A stretch of DNA of 63,557 bases, counting the filler, from Choristocarpus tenellus KU-1152 (Eukaryota; Protista; Phaeophyceae): assembly GCA_964200185.2 (NCBI GenBank). It is 12 parts of 12 records of this genome, joined end to end, with 100 filler letters (N's around TTAATTAATTAA, not from the genome) between each part and the next. Parts side by side here need not be neighbours in the genome. Positions count along the whole stretch, not along the records: positions 26,182 to 29,428 come from CAXNAD020021282.1; positions 29,529 to 38,024 come from CAXNAD020004649.1; positions 38,125 to 41,431 come from CAXNAD020020905.1; 9 more parts are not named here. One strand, written 5' to 3'. A model generated the notes under the pieces. It did no database searches. It saw only the letters and a program-made list of their open reading frames with translations, and was not told the origin of the DNA. This document shows, piece by piece, positions 26,182 to 39,228 of the stretch. Position 1 is the first letter of the stretch, and each line of letters begins with the position of its first letter. Made by a program: the position numbers and the translations under genes.

Positions 26182-27658
26182 GCAATGATGGACAACGCGC
26201 TTGCACATGCACATATGCGCATTCTGTGACAAAGGCAAAGGATGCGGCCCTGAAAAAGTAGAGGCCACACTCGAAAGTGCTGCTGCTGATATGATGGCCT
26301 TCTTGCTGCACGTTTCTGTGGGAAACCACACCCACGCTGTGGCTAATGTATCAGCACGACGAGCTGGAGCAACAAGCAAATAATCAACCCACTATAGAAA
26401 CACAAATTATTACAAACCCGCTCTCAAACCGTTTCACCCCATCCTTGACACATGTGGCAGTTACAGCCAGACTTCACTAGTGACAAGTGATCCGATACTC
26501 AGACCTCTGCACTGACGCCGAAAACCACATTTGGACTAATCGAAACAAAACAGATGCGAGAGGACCGTGATGGAGCCCCTCAGTGAACTGTCATCTGGCG
26601 GTTCCTTGGGCAATTACAAAAGTTCTTATGTCGACGGTACCTGTGACAACGACGAGACATCACAGGGTCTATGGACAAGCACAACCAGAGGCGAAAGGTG
26701 AGCGAGAGTCTCCTTTGGGCGAAAGTATAGTGTATATTTTGAGTGGGTCACGACGTTTTTGTCCAATAACGGGCAGATCCTCCCACCCACACCACCGGAC
26801 ATTCGCGACTATACCGCAACAAAGCCTGCATCACTACGACTTATCACTAGCTGTAAGGCTTGAAACGCGACCACTTGGCCCCTTCAATGCAGGTGCTGTA
26901 CCCATGAATGGAGGGATTCTCTACACTCCTAAAGGTCATCTTTGCAAACTTTGACAAGAGCTTTTTCCTGCATCACAACACCACCATTTGGCAGGCGCAA
27001 CAATACAAACACTGCACTACTCCCCAAAGGCCACGCAGCCATGTCCATGGCCTTCAGTGCCCACCTTCAACACAACCGCCAAGACTTGACACAACAAGAG
27101 GTTTTTCAATCTATTCCTCATGGCACTTCTGACCATTCTCTGGTGGTTGAGGGATCTCAGGGAAGAGGCAAATCTTGGAAAGGGAAGGGTGTGGTCTCAC
27201 AGCATTATGGTGTGTAGTGACGACCGAAGCCAAGACAACGAAATTGTCCAGAATGCCGTGGAGATGTTTGTCAAAGACCACCTAATACCTCTAGCCCAGG
27301 AATACGGACAGACCCCAGAGGTCCTCCACATCTGGTCCGATGGCTGCGGAAGTCAGTTCAAGAACAAATGGCAGATGTGGTGGTTTCTCAGTCCTTAGCA
27401 CGGATGGGAATTTCCGTAATATACAACTTCTTTGCCTCCTGTCACGGCAAGTCCTTGTTCGATGGATTCGGGGCTGTGGTGAAGTCTGCCTCCAGGAGGC
27501 TGGAGCTAGACGGGGTACACATGCCAGAAACCTCATCCCTCGTGGAGGCAATCAAGGCAATCAAACCTCAATACAACTTGAGGGATCCGACACCAGAGGA
27601 AGAGTGGCCCTGCTGCATAGGCCACAGGGTTTCTCCCGGACAGGCGATCGTGAGAAAG
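26182..27658 (+). mobile_element. Sola2-like DDD transposase pseudogene (core), ending at a donor AAG|GTAGG
   Basis: HIWSDGCGSQFKN and YNFFASCHGKSLFDGFGAVVK are Sola2-type catalytic motifs; frameshifts. Confidence 0.75.
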
Positions 27659-27689
27659 GTAGGCACCCTCCACATTACGGTCCCCCCCA

Positions 27690-28230
27690 CTCACACTAAT
27701 CGACCTCTATTTGCCACTGGCGACAACCCTAACCCGTGCGCCCCTTGCCCACCCATACACTAAACATACAATAGATATCGTTGCAAATTATGTCACATCC
27801 GTGACTCCCTTACGTCGACAACGTGCACAGCATAAGAATCGTACATATGCACTTGAGTGAAAGTATCTTAGAGGGTACGATTTTTGCCCTGTTTGTCTAT
27901 TTGGGGCTTGACTTCCCACGAGATTTTTTATAACATTTTTTACCTACTCCAAAATGTTTCGGAGTAGGTAAAAAATGTATACTGTATATGAAGGTGTGTC
28001 CAGAACGAGGATATTGACATCTCCTAACAAACATGATAGCCAAAATTACATCAAGATTGCAACAATGGGTTTTGACCCCCACATGGACACGACTCTACCC
28101 TCTAAGCTACTTTGGCTCCTTCTCAATCGACCGCAGACTGTTCGTGCACACTTTCAAATCATCGCCCCTTATTTTGCATAAGTTTGCCAACCGTCAAACT
28201 AACCCAAAACTCAAAGTTACTATTTTCTTT
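27690..28230 (+). repeat. Repeat D (~270-360 bp), also tandem on minus strand at 37350-37610 and 37700-37950
   Basis: Direct alignment, e.g. CCCATACACTAAA..GTCACATCCGTG..CGACCGCAGAC. Confidence 0.85.
27855..28118. mobile_element. MITE family A copy, TSD CTT
   Basis: TIRs; CTT on both flanks; empty site visible in paralogous repeat near 37445-37470. Confidence 0.93.
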
Positions 28231-29659
28231 AGGTGGCAAATACAACCACTTCGGTACACCATCATGTCAGCCACATGCTAATACATGCTACGTGAACGGA
28301 CGAAAGCCGCAACATCCGCCAAAGGCGCTAAATCATGACGGTGTGTTCGCAATATTGATCATTCAGAGATGCTCCAGTGTAGGCTGCACGAAGGGCGAAC
28401 GTTTCTTGTATGGGGACTCACCTTCTGGTTCCCTTTGGAGGATTGCGGCGTTTGGTGGTTGGACTAAGCCTCTCAGTTGATTACGGGGTGTCTACATCGG
28501 GTGGGCACATTGGAAATGGGACAGGAGAAATAAACAGAAGGAGAGAGAGAAAATGTTTTGCGCATGGAGTCAGGCCCAGAGAGGATGGCATGTCACGGTC
28601 GATTCACATCATCCTCCAGCCGTACGCACCTGGTCACCTTGCACGAAGTGGAAGTCTTGTCGTCTTTTTACCTTCCGACACGCCCGGTATTTAGCGTAAC
28701 GTACAGCGCACAGGAATAGCCACAGACGAGCCTTATTCTCATGGAAGGGATACACACCTATCCTTTCTTGACCAAGAATATATCGTCCTTTCAGCTATTT
28801 TTTTTTCCGTTGTATAACAACTGCGCAATAATCAATGAAAGAAGAACCGCCTTTAAGTAATATTGTACCCCTATTAAATAGTAGTATATATAATTTGGTT
28901 ATGAACAGGCTGGTTGGGGTGTTCCTTTTCCTCGGCAAAAAAAAAGGAGATGTAATGAGGGGAACTTTGCTCTCTTCACAGATGTATTGATATTTTAATG
29001 TATCTCTACGACGACATTGAACTGGAACATACAGACATAAAAATGTATATATATATATATATATATGAATATATTTAACTCTCCATGTGCTATTTCTTCA
29101 TTAGTGCGAGAGGGTCAAAACTTTGAATTGACATGTTTTTTTTCATATATTTGGAGTTTTGTAGAATTATATTATAGTGCATAACAAGAAAACGTTCGCC
29201 AAACCACATATGTGACAAACCCCACACTCCCTCACTCTGTCGACAACAAACCAACGGGCCTGGACAATAAAGAGGAATCGTTGTCGCAGTTCTTCGAGAG
29301 GACCACACCCATCGCACCGCAGATGTATGATGACGACTCACCAGCCACTAGGGGATCTTGCTAACAACGGGAATGAACTCGTGGACTCCGGAGGGGTATA
29401 CCCCAGGACATCCCAAAGGCAAGGCCAGNNNNNNNNNNNNNNNNNNNNNNNNNNNNNNNNNNNNNNNNNNNNTTAATTAATTAANNNNNNNNNNNNNNNN
29501 NNNNNNNNNNNNNNNNNNNNNNNNNNNNCCCCCCCAGATACTTTGACCCAGTCAATTGTGCAAAAAAAAAAATACTCCCTGACATTTTGCAAATGTTGTT
29601 GGGGGGAGAAAAAAATGCAGAAGAGGGCACTGTATTCGTAGTAGGAATAAAGAATAGTT

Positions 29660-31479
29660 CATGTCTTACATTTTCTTTCTTCAGGCCGTTTTCCAAAAAA
29701 GATACGGTACTCAACACATCCCTTCAAGGTAACGTTGCTCGCAGCTACACTCAGCAATGTCAATCTCTGTGGATACTACAAGAAAGAGTGCTTCCTCAAT
29801 CATTAGAGTGAAAGTATCTTAGAGGGTATGATTTTTGCCCTGTTTGTCCATTTGGGGCTTGGCTTCCCATGGGTTCTTTTATGACATTTTTCTACTCCAA
29901 AATGTTTTGGAGTAGGTAAAAGGTGTATGTTATGAAAAGGTGTGTCTAGATCATGGATATTGACACTTCCTAACAAACACGATAACCAAAATTACATCAA
30001 AATAGCAACATTGGATTTTGGCCCCGAAATGGACGCGGATATACCCTCTAAGATACTTCGTCTCTCTCCTTTATTTGACCTCAACGATTCCAAGGACAAA
30101 GGTCTCCGTTGGCGACATCCCTATGCTCTTGCTAACTCTTGTTGACACTTTTATCACAACGCTGTGTAGGAAGGGATTTGACCACCATATTTCCCCATCT
30201 CCCCCCCTCTCTATATAAACATGTTTCTACAACATGTAGCTTTTCAAGTTGGGTGACACGTGTACCACTCTCAGAAAACGTGGTGGTGAACCATGCTAAG
30301 GTGGAGAGGGAAGAAATTATTTTGCCACGAGGATTGGGGGATAGGGGGTCCGGAGAGACAATGTCGACACCATGCTCCAGCTCTAACAACAACAAGATGG
30401 CGTCAGGGATTTGGCTTGGAAATTGGTCTCAAAAACTGCACTTTCATCAACATCCAAAACGGACACCACTGTACAACATGTCACGCAGGAAGTCTTCAGG
30501 AGGTGAAGGTAATAATGAGGAAAGTAGTAGATCCTGTACAAAATCTCAATTTCTTCCTGACATTCGCATATTAGATGTAGAGGAACTTTTGGTGATCACG
30601 CTTGGGGGGGGGGGGCTTGTGCTATGTTCAAATAGTGCGGAAATAATGAGAAAAAAACATATTAACAGACCTCTGGTTGATACCAATGACAACGACATAA
30701 CCTTATTTCGAGATGGAAGACAATTGAACTTCAGGTAATTGGGGGGTTTTGCGTCTAGCTCTTACAGTGTTGCAATTCACTGTGCTTTCGAGATTGGGGC
30801 ATGGCTTAACCAATTTGTCCTACATTTCCGCAAGATATAATTTGGAGCTTTGCATTACTTGGCATGATATCTGTGTGCATTCAGTTAAAAATGAATCCAC
30901 TGCCACTCCCCTGTCCTAATAGTCACCCAATAGGAACAAACCCAAGACGCACAGGTCAAGTCTCTATCCTTACAAGCAAGACGAAATTTCAGACTCCTTT
31001 GCCACAATTACCTACATATCTCTTCTACGGCCAAGCCTAACTATATTGTTTACTGATGTTCATATCGCGTAATGTTTTACTCATTAGGAGTGACAGCTCA
31101 CACCTTGCACCGTGCGGGGGGAATGAAAAAGCCGATTAAGCTGACGTCAATGAGCTTTGACGGAGAGACCCTTGATGATGGAGCAACAGCAAAGGAAACT
31201 ACCCAGAGTGGCACAAGAAAAAGAAGTGAAGGGATGAGTGAGAGTGGCATGAAGGGGAGTAGAAGGGGCAGTGAAGGTTGGGAGAAGTTCCTTGTCGGTG
31301 AAGGATACCACAACGTGGTGAGGAGAGGAGCATCTGCCGAGAACATCGGTGTGGGCGAGTGGGTGAAGGTTTCATCTACAGATATAGGGACCCCTGCACG
31401 AGGAGGCTTGAGCAGCACCAAGCTCCCTGTGACTGGATTGAGTGGAGTATGGCGAAAGGAGCATATTGGGAAGTACTGA
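29660..31479 (+). pseudogene. Exon-like segments of an unidentified gene (about 29660-30735 and 31089-31479), interrupted by MITE A
   Basis: Long open frames with plausible AG/GT ends; no recognisable domain. Confidence 0.35.
29806..30064. mobile_element. MITE family A copy (TSD not clean)
   Basis: Full-length match with both TIRs. Confidence 0.9.
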
Positions 31480-32688
31480 TAACTCCTAATTTCGTGGGGC
31501 TTGTGATAAGGTCGGGTTTACCCAGCGGTGAAGTGGAAGTTAACACTAAAACGTAAATAGTCGTAATTTGAAGCAGAGTGGAGTGGAGGGAGAAGAGGGT
31601 GCACAAGATGTGCAAGAAAAGTGGTTGTTGGGGTGTATGTGGCAAGGTGGGTGTGGGTTTTGGTGGCAACAAGTTGGGGGAAAATGCTCCTCTCACCCCA
31701 TGCATCTATCTCCATCACAGTTGTGCAAGCTAGATTTTTCAGACTAAGTTCCCGTTTTAGCCTCATTTGGCGTTTGAGAGGTGTAAGTAAGGTCTGCACC
31801 ATGCAACAAGCAAGGCACATGGAACTGTGTCGAAGTGTTGTCGATAGTGGATGTTTGTCTATGGACCTGCCTGGTTCCTGGATGTGACCAAAGTTAGAAG
31901 ACTGTTCAACAAAGGTCGTTTCTGTGTGCTTGGCCAGGCAAAAGTCAGGGAGAAGACAGGAATTACCAGTTATACATTCATTTTTCTCCTTCTTTCTTAC
32001 CTTGTGAAGCATGTTGGACAATATCAATAGAAATTCTGTGGCAGCTGTTCACACTACTTAGGGTTTGCGCAACCTGTTGAAAGACCTCCAATGTTTATGG
32101 CAAGTTGCCTTGGTTGTAGTATTATGGCATAGACAACTTGAGTAGAGGGATATGCTACGCTTCATTTAGGCATAGTGTTGAAGGTCTTCAAACCATAATT
32201 TGGTTTGGACAGCTTAATTGTTTGATTCACTGTTAGGAAATAAAAGACAGCTAAATAGGAATCCATAAAAGCAAGATCCCTGGACGTTTAATCTAGATGC
32301 AATAATGAGATGCTTTCAATGTACGAGTAAATCTAAGTGTTTGATGTATATTTATCATTCTGAAGAAAGACTTGACAAACGACTGATTGAATTGGAGTAG
32401 CATCAGGACAACAAAAAGAAAAAGAAAAAGCATGATATACCCACACAACACGCACAATCCGTTCTACTCATGAAAACAGTGAAAACATTTTACCCAGTTT
32501 ACACTTTTGAAACCCAGTACGAAATTTCGTAGAAAAAACATTCTTTGGGGTCGTCCTGTGTTTTGGAAGACGGAACTGAAGTGAAATTTCTCATGCATAC
32601 TGTAGTCTGTCACTAGTGGGGACCTTGTTGAAATGAGGCGTGATCTGACGACACGTAGTGTGCGTGCGGTCACTCTGTTGACATTTTA

Positions 32689-32868
32689 GGCTCGAAGTAT
32701 CTGGGAAGGGGGGGGGTGTCTCCACCAGGGTGTCCATTCGGGCCCTGACCAGGAGAAGTCCACTTACATTATATCCATACCACATATACAAGCAAATCGT
32801 TCAAAACTCGTGACATGGCAAAATGAGCCCCAATGAACAGCTGCCACCCCCCCCAGACTATTTGGGCC
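32689..32868. mobile_element. Diverged MITE family B copy, TSD TTA
   Basis: GGCTCGAAGTATCTGGG...CCCAGACTATTTGGGCC with TTA on both flanks. Confidence 0.8.
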
Positions 32869-34522
32869 TTAAGCCCAATATAGAAAATTACTTCCTCCAC
32901 TCGGAATGAAATGAACATAACATTTGCCCCCCTGAAGAAGCAAGACTTGTTTTCACATGTTCATGTTTTATAGGTATACAGTGGGCGTACCGATATAAGA
33001 GAGGTCGATATAAGAGAAAACAGGATTAAAGAGAGAGTAAATTGCCTTGTCACTATTTTTCAGGCTGTAAGAGAGGTTTCAGCGTTTTCCTACCAATTCT
33101 TTCTTATCTTTTATTATTATGGCATATCATATTTTCCAGATGTGTCAGGGGGAAAACCAATGAAAACTATTCAGATGTCAATATAACCCCTAAGAAATAA
33201 AATATGCCACAAATGTGAAAAACACTAGTAGAGTGTTTGCACAAAATGAAATAGGTTATGGAATTTTGTCTAATGACGATGAGAAAATCCACTACGGAAA
33301 TCAGATTGCGGAAAAATGAAATTCACTATCAAAAAGAAAAATGCAAAAAACAAGAAACTCCACCCGAAGGTGACAGGCCAATTCAAACCATCTTCAGGAC
33401 GGTTACTGGGCGCCCCATGACGAAAGAGCAGTCTGCCATAGCCCGTGTTAGCTTCCGACTCTTTCGACCCTTCCCTGGACATTCCCCAGTGGATTGAGCG
33501 ATGGAGGTAGGCCTTTGTCCAAATGGTGTCAACTTCTATCACTCGTCATGTCTGGGCTAAAGCAAGTGGAGATCGAAGCACAGGCTGGGGAACAGATATG
33601 ACTGGTCGAACAGGTATTGTTTGATGCATTGCTTTTTTTGAATGAACAAGGTCCGTATTTCGCAGGAGCCAAAGCAGGTTGTTTGTTAAGGCAACACAGA
33701 CAGCGGGCGAAGAGTTCTGGGTTAAAACAGGTTGAAGCATTGGTGTGACGGCTGCCAGTACACTGTTGACAGCCTCTTGTTGTGGCAGCGAAGTTTGACT
33801 TGATAATTCATCGTGCATGGACGTCCTGTTCTGGGGAGGTAGTCGTAGTTCCTACCTAACGATCGGGGTTTCGGTTGAGGCAGCGAAAGGGTGCGACATG
33901 CTAGCAAACATAACATGCGCATCTCCCATGATACCCAAAAACATTGTGTGTCTTGTCCTTGTACAATGCACCTTTTTGTAGCGTTTTGGTTGGCTAAAAC
34001 AAATGTAAATTGGTCGCTTCAATGGTATAATTCCTCTATGAGATCATCAAACATTTGAGTGTTGCCCCAAGGGTCTTAGCGAGGGCATAACGCTTTTCAC
34101 TATTGTTTCGAACTAGAAATGAAAAGTTTCATCACATTTGGTAATGAAAAACACTACTTGCAGAACATGGGGTGATAGACAAAACTTTCCGATAGTGAAT
34201 TTCATTTTACACAAACACTCTGATCTATTTGTTATTTCACTACTATGTTGTACCACTGCCTTCCTGTGCCTCCAATCTACCTATTCCTGCACCCCAGGGT
34301 GAGGAGCTAGGGAGGCATCCCAAGAATCCAATAAATCCCTCCATGCCCATCTTCCTGGTGACTCCAGCTCAAAACGCGTGACACGTCTAGATAGTGCCAC
34401 TTGCGTAGTTACTGAGACAACTTGGCGTAGCCGGGATTTTACCGCTCCTTTCCTGCTATATCCTCCAGTTCCTCTCCCCCCCACCGCATGTGTAGCCAGC
34501 TCATCCGGGAAGCATTCCGCTT

Positions 34523-34726
34523 GGATCAAAGTATCTTGGGGGGGTGGTGGTTAGTGAGGGGGCGTCCGTTTCAGCCCCGATGAGTTGCTCAAACATTTTT
34601 GCAATTGCTGTCTTCAGTCGTGGACGTTCATGCCTGAAGACAGCAATTGCAATAATTTCTGAGCACGTCATCGGGACCGAAACGGACGCCCCCTCACAAT
34701 CCGCCCCCCTCCCAGATACTATGGCC
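34523..34726. mobile_element. Fold-back MITE (family B2), near-complete palindrome; partial copy at 52736-52780
   Basis: Same AAAGTATCT/polyG termini; arms GGGGCGTCCGTTTC..TTGCAATTGCTGTCTTCAG / CTGAAGACAGCAATTGCAA..GAAACGGACGCCCC. Confidence 0.85.
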
Positions 34727-35162
34727 AAGCCACCGTCCTTTTTATATGTATTTTGGAATAAAATGCATTTAGGACCTGCACTTGGCGCTTGAGTGGGTGT
34801 AGACTGTGTGACTATGGCTTAGGGAGGTTGCCGTTGGGTTCAAATTTTGGAGCTGGGATGGTTGCCGCCGTTTGGATTGGGTGTTAAAGAGGGGTAATCT
34901 GTTGTGAAAATCTCGACTTGTGCTGTAGATGGTGGTACGGAGTACGAGATACTTTTGCGTCAACATTATTTTAGCAAGTTTTCTGTCAATTGCTCTGTGA
35001 TCCGACCAACGTAAAGAGGGGAGAAAGAAGGATTGTGGCATGGCAGTAAAAGTATTACAGAATGGTGGCAGAACGCACTAATTGAGATGAAATCTAGGTT
35101 GCCACCAGGCCAATAAAAGCATGCGTACGAGGACACATAGACACAAACTCTTCAGGAAGATA

Positions 35163-36134
35163 TTAAAACCAAGTGTCTAAGTCCGTTAATTTAGATAACG
35201 TCCGACCTCTCCATGTGTCTGATTGGCGAGGTAGAGAGTGACTCAGGAACAGGAGTTGGCCTAGGTGGCCCCTCAAAGTTATGTCTCTCGTCAGTATGGG
35301 GGTGAGACTTGTCCAGAACCAGGCACGTGTAGGAGCGTCTTGGTCTATGCTGTAGCGTTTGACAAGAAGCGGGATATTTCGCAAGTCGCCATTCTCCCAA
35401 TTGACCTCGTAGGGGTAGCTGACTCGCTCATCTCCAACTTTCACCGTGTAGTGGGGCTGGTACTTGGACACGGTCCCTCACATTCACTGATCGTCCCATC
35501 AGAAGAATAGTCCCCTGCCCTTGGCACCAGCATTGAGTGTTTCTCCCTCATCTAAATCCGGCACATCCCTCAGTGTCGGTTCAAGGAGTATATATTTCTC
35601 TGTATCCTTCTACATATCCCTGCGCTTCCACTGGTGGCCAACCATGGACTGGCGGCATTGTCTGACACGCTGAGCTGCAGCCTTGACACCGTCTCTCTTG
35701 TTCTTCTCCCAAAGTTGGTCGACACCCTCCTCGATCTCGTCCTCTGTCATGTACGACCTCAGATGAGGGGGCAAAGAGTTTTCGCCATCGTCCAGAAGGT
35801 AGGACACTGAGTAAATGTACGCCCCTGAACCGTTGACATGAGCATCGCTGACCTTCCCCTGTACGATAGACACCCCACTAGAACATAGGATGAAGGTGGT
35901 TCCTCAACCGAATCTGGCTTCGGGCATGCCCTCAAGTCCAAGTTGCCTCGATAACCGAGCAGGTATCCCACCGAGGGATTGCTGGTTGGATTCTGAGGTG
36001 AACCTCTGGTATTGACCAGGGAGGATCGTGAATGTGTTGTACAGGTGGTTGTGGTGGATGTCTGTGAAGTCTAGGATGATGATAGCCTGAAGGGGCACGA
36101 TGCGGGGACCTGGTTGTGCGTCCTGTATCACCAC
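35163..36134 (-). pseudogene. Broken coding sequence downstream of Sola2 C-terminal exon, with Tudor-like motifs
   Basis: YIYSVSYLLDDGE and YEVNWENGD; protein-like frames linked by frameshifts. Confidence 0.35.
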
Positions 36135-36519
36135 AAAGATGTTCGTTGAAGGGCTGTGTTGGTGTGTGGGATTATTGGCATGTGTTTGCGCGTGATGGCC
36201 TTATTTGGTTGTGTAGGGGTGTTGTTTGTTTTGGTTGTGAGGAATGGAGAGTATTATTTAGGATAGAGAATACACTTCGACAGCGAAATGAAGGAATGGG
36301 ATACGCTTGTTTGCCCTATGGAACTTGTAAAATATTATGTGAAAGTTTACTATTGCGGTTGTAGACTAGGAGGAAAAAATGATATAAGAACACTTGAGGT
36401 TTGGATGTCAGGGTTGGATGTTATGAGAGGAATTTATTTGGGTTAGAGGGGATATCAGGGGATATGCAATATCTGTATATAGACAGCGTGGATTCATTCT
36501 TGTGGAACATTGCTCTCTT

Positions 36520-37306
36520 AGTAACAATAAGAAGCGTTTCTCACCTTGTCTGTCCGTGACATGCAAATAGTTGGCACTCCATCAACAAAGCTAGCACTTA
36601 GCACCTCGAAGTCTTCAGTGACAAAGAACACCTCATCTCCAGCACTGAACATCCCTCCATAGCTGTGGAGTGGTGCCTGGCGTTCCATTGAATCGTGTCC
36701 TTGTGGTGGACAGTGAACGGCAAGAACTCTATACCATTGTACTCCAATGGCTGCGTCCGCACAATGCATATGTTCCCCCCAGCGAGCTGTCTCTTCTTCC
36801 TCGACAGCTGGCTCCTCAGATACATATCGCCCGTTCCTGTTTCTGTAGAAAATCCGAGGTCTATCTCCTTAAGCGGAGGCACGTGGGTTAGTTGCCACCT
36901 GCATTGGGCCAGGTTGCCGATTGAACAGTTCGTGCAGTAGCACGACAGCTCGGCGTATATCAATGTATGGGAGTCTCCGGTAGTGAGCTGACCAGTGAAG
37001 AACCTGTGCATGGACTTTATGCCACCGAGGTTTGGGACATGTGGGACGTGTCGTCCCATGTGGTCAATCTTATATGCCGGAAGGGGGACTATCTCCTGTG
37101 TTCCGAACGTGTCGATGTATAGAAGTTTTGTAGACGTGTTATTGTGCGGTCCGACGTCCCTATCCGTTGAATCGTAAGGGGTGCGGTGATTGTGCGTATA
37201 CAGGAAGGGGTGGTACGTGTTGGAGTCAGTTTTGGTACCGAGGCGGGGTCCTGTGACCGAATCGATGTTATGGCATTTTCTTTGGGACTGTATGTGCAGC
37301 CTATTC
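36520..37306 (-). mobile_element. Sola2-like transposase C-terminal exon (Cys-rich)
   Basis: GIKSMHRF..YAELSCYCTNCSIGNLAQC; acceptor TACAG at 37307-37311, preceded by repeat D. Confidence 0.6.
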
Positions 37307-38398
37307 CTGTAGCAATTGTTTGGTAAATGACATATGTTAATATGGGGAAGAAAACAATAACTTAGAGTTATGGGTTAGTTTGACGGTTAGCAGACTTCTG
37401 CAAAATAGAGGGCGAGATGATTTTAAGTTTGAACGGATGGTCTGCGGTCGACTGAGAAGTGTGTATGTGCGATCATCATGTCGCACGTGTTGTCAACGTG
37501 AAGGGAAGGCACGGATGTGACATAAAGGGTCAACGATATCTAACGCGTTTTTAGTGTATGGGTTAGCAAGGGGTTGGAGGGGGCAGTCTGTCGCCAGTGG
37601 CAAACAGACGCTGATTATTGCGAGTAGGTGGGACCATACATGTAGTATATGTGCTACCTATTCCTACAACAAGTAATGGGTACATGGCAGACGTTGATAA
37701 GGGAAAGGAAACAATAACTTGGAGTTTTCCCCGAGTTTTCCGATTGGCAGACTTATGCAGAATAGAGGGCGATGGTTGCAAGTGTGTACAGACAGTCTGC
37801 GGTCGATTAAGAAGTGTGTATGTGCGATTAGCACATCGCGCATGGTGTCGACAAGAAAGGAAGGCACGGATGTGACAGAATGGGTCGACAATATCATTTG
37901 CGTGTTTAGTGTATGGGTTGGCAAGGGTTGGGAGGGGGGAGTCTGTCGTTGTGCAAAATACCTTGGGAGGTAATGCCATTTGTTAGTAGTGAAGATAAGA
38001 AGGTGTGAAGCCTCACACGACCCCNNNNNNNNNNNNNNNNNNNNNNNNNNNNNNNNNNNNNNNNNNNNTTAATTAATTAANNNNNNNNNNNNNNNNNNNN
38101 NNNNNNNNNNNNNNNNNNNNNNNNGAGGGGGAGGGGGAGAGGGGGCAGAAGAGAGTCTAGGAGAGGGGTCTGTGTGGGGGGGGGGTACAATTGTAGAGGG
38201 AATGGAATAGACAGGAAGAGATTTGGAATGATGCTGAGATTTGGTGAAGCGGGAAGAGCGTTGGGCAAGGCTGTAGGTGGACCACGTCTAATTGGTTGGG
38301 TGTGAGAGAGTGGACTTTTAGCCTGTCCTAATTGGTTGGATGTGTGAGAAAGTGGGCTTGTGCTATTGGCGAAAACACCTTTCTACTATCACAGTTTG

Positions 38399-38441
<43 letters not shown>

Positions 38442-38847
38442 TTTTTTTTTAAAAAAAAAAAAAAAGATCTGGAATGGGATTTTGTTGGTGAGTGGGTGTG
38501 GTTTGGGTTCTTNNNNNNNNNNGAAGAAGTTTGGGTTTGGGATTTTTTTTTTTTTTTACTTTTTGTATATTTTTAAGCATGTTGATAAGTTAAAAAAAAA
38601 AAAAAAAGACTCGCACAGAGATTTGATTGGTCAGTGGTTGTGAATTGAGTGCATTGTGAGTGAACCACAAATCCCTGCCTTCTCATTGGTCAACAGTGTT
38701 GAGCTTTCTGCTGTCTGAGGAACCTTATTTCCCACCCTATTCCTATACCCATTTCTTGGATTTTTTTCTTCTTAGCCTGTGCTATATGGCCAACACAATT
38801 TTCCCAATTATCTAACCACGTCAAATGACAAATTTGTGTAATTTTAT

Positions 38848-39228
38848 CTAAGAGACTGGTGATCAATTTTTTTAAAATTATGTACATAGCATTGTATTCT
38901 AAGAGAGTGGTGATTAATTTTTTTTTAATTATGTAGTGATTATTAATTTTTTAATTATGTATATGGCATTGAATTCTAAGAGAGTGGTGATTAATTTTTT
39001 TTTAATTATGTACGTAGCATTGTATTCTAAGAGAGTGGTGATTAATTTTTTTTAATTATGTACATAGCATTGTATTCTAAGAGAGTGGTGATTAATTTTT
39101 TTAATTATGTACATAGCATTGTCTTCTAAGAGTGGTGATTAATTTTCTTAAAATTATGTATATAGCATTGTATTCTAAGAGAGTGGTGATTAATTTTTTT
39201 TAATTATGTACATAGCATTGTATTCTAG
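38848..39228. repeat. ~50-bp AT-rich minisatellite x7
   Basis: CTAAGAGAGTGGTGATTAAT(T)nAATTATGTACATAGCATTGTATT units. Confidence 0.95.

Noticed and set aside
38848-39228. CRISPR-like array (also considered for 6575-6850)
   Set aside because: Units are contiguous with no unique spacers, there are no cas genes, and the context is eukaryotic; these are minisatellites.
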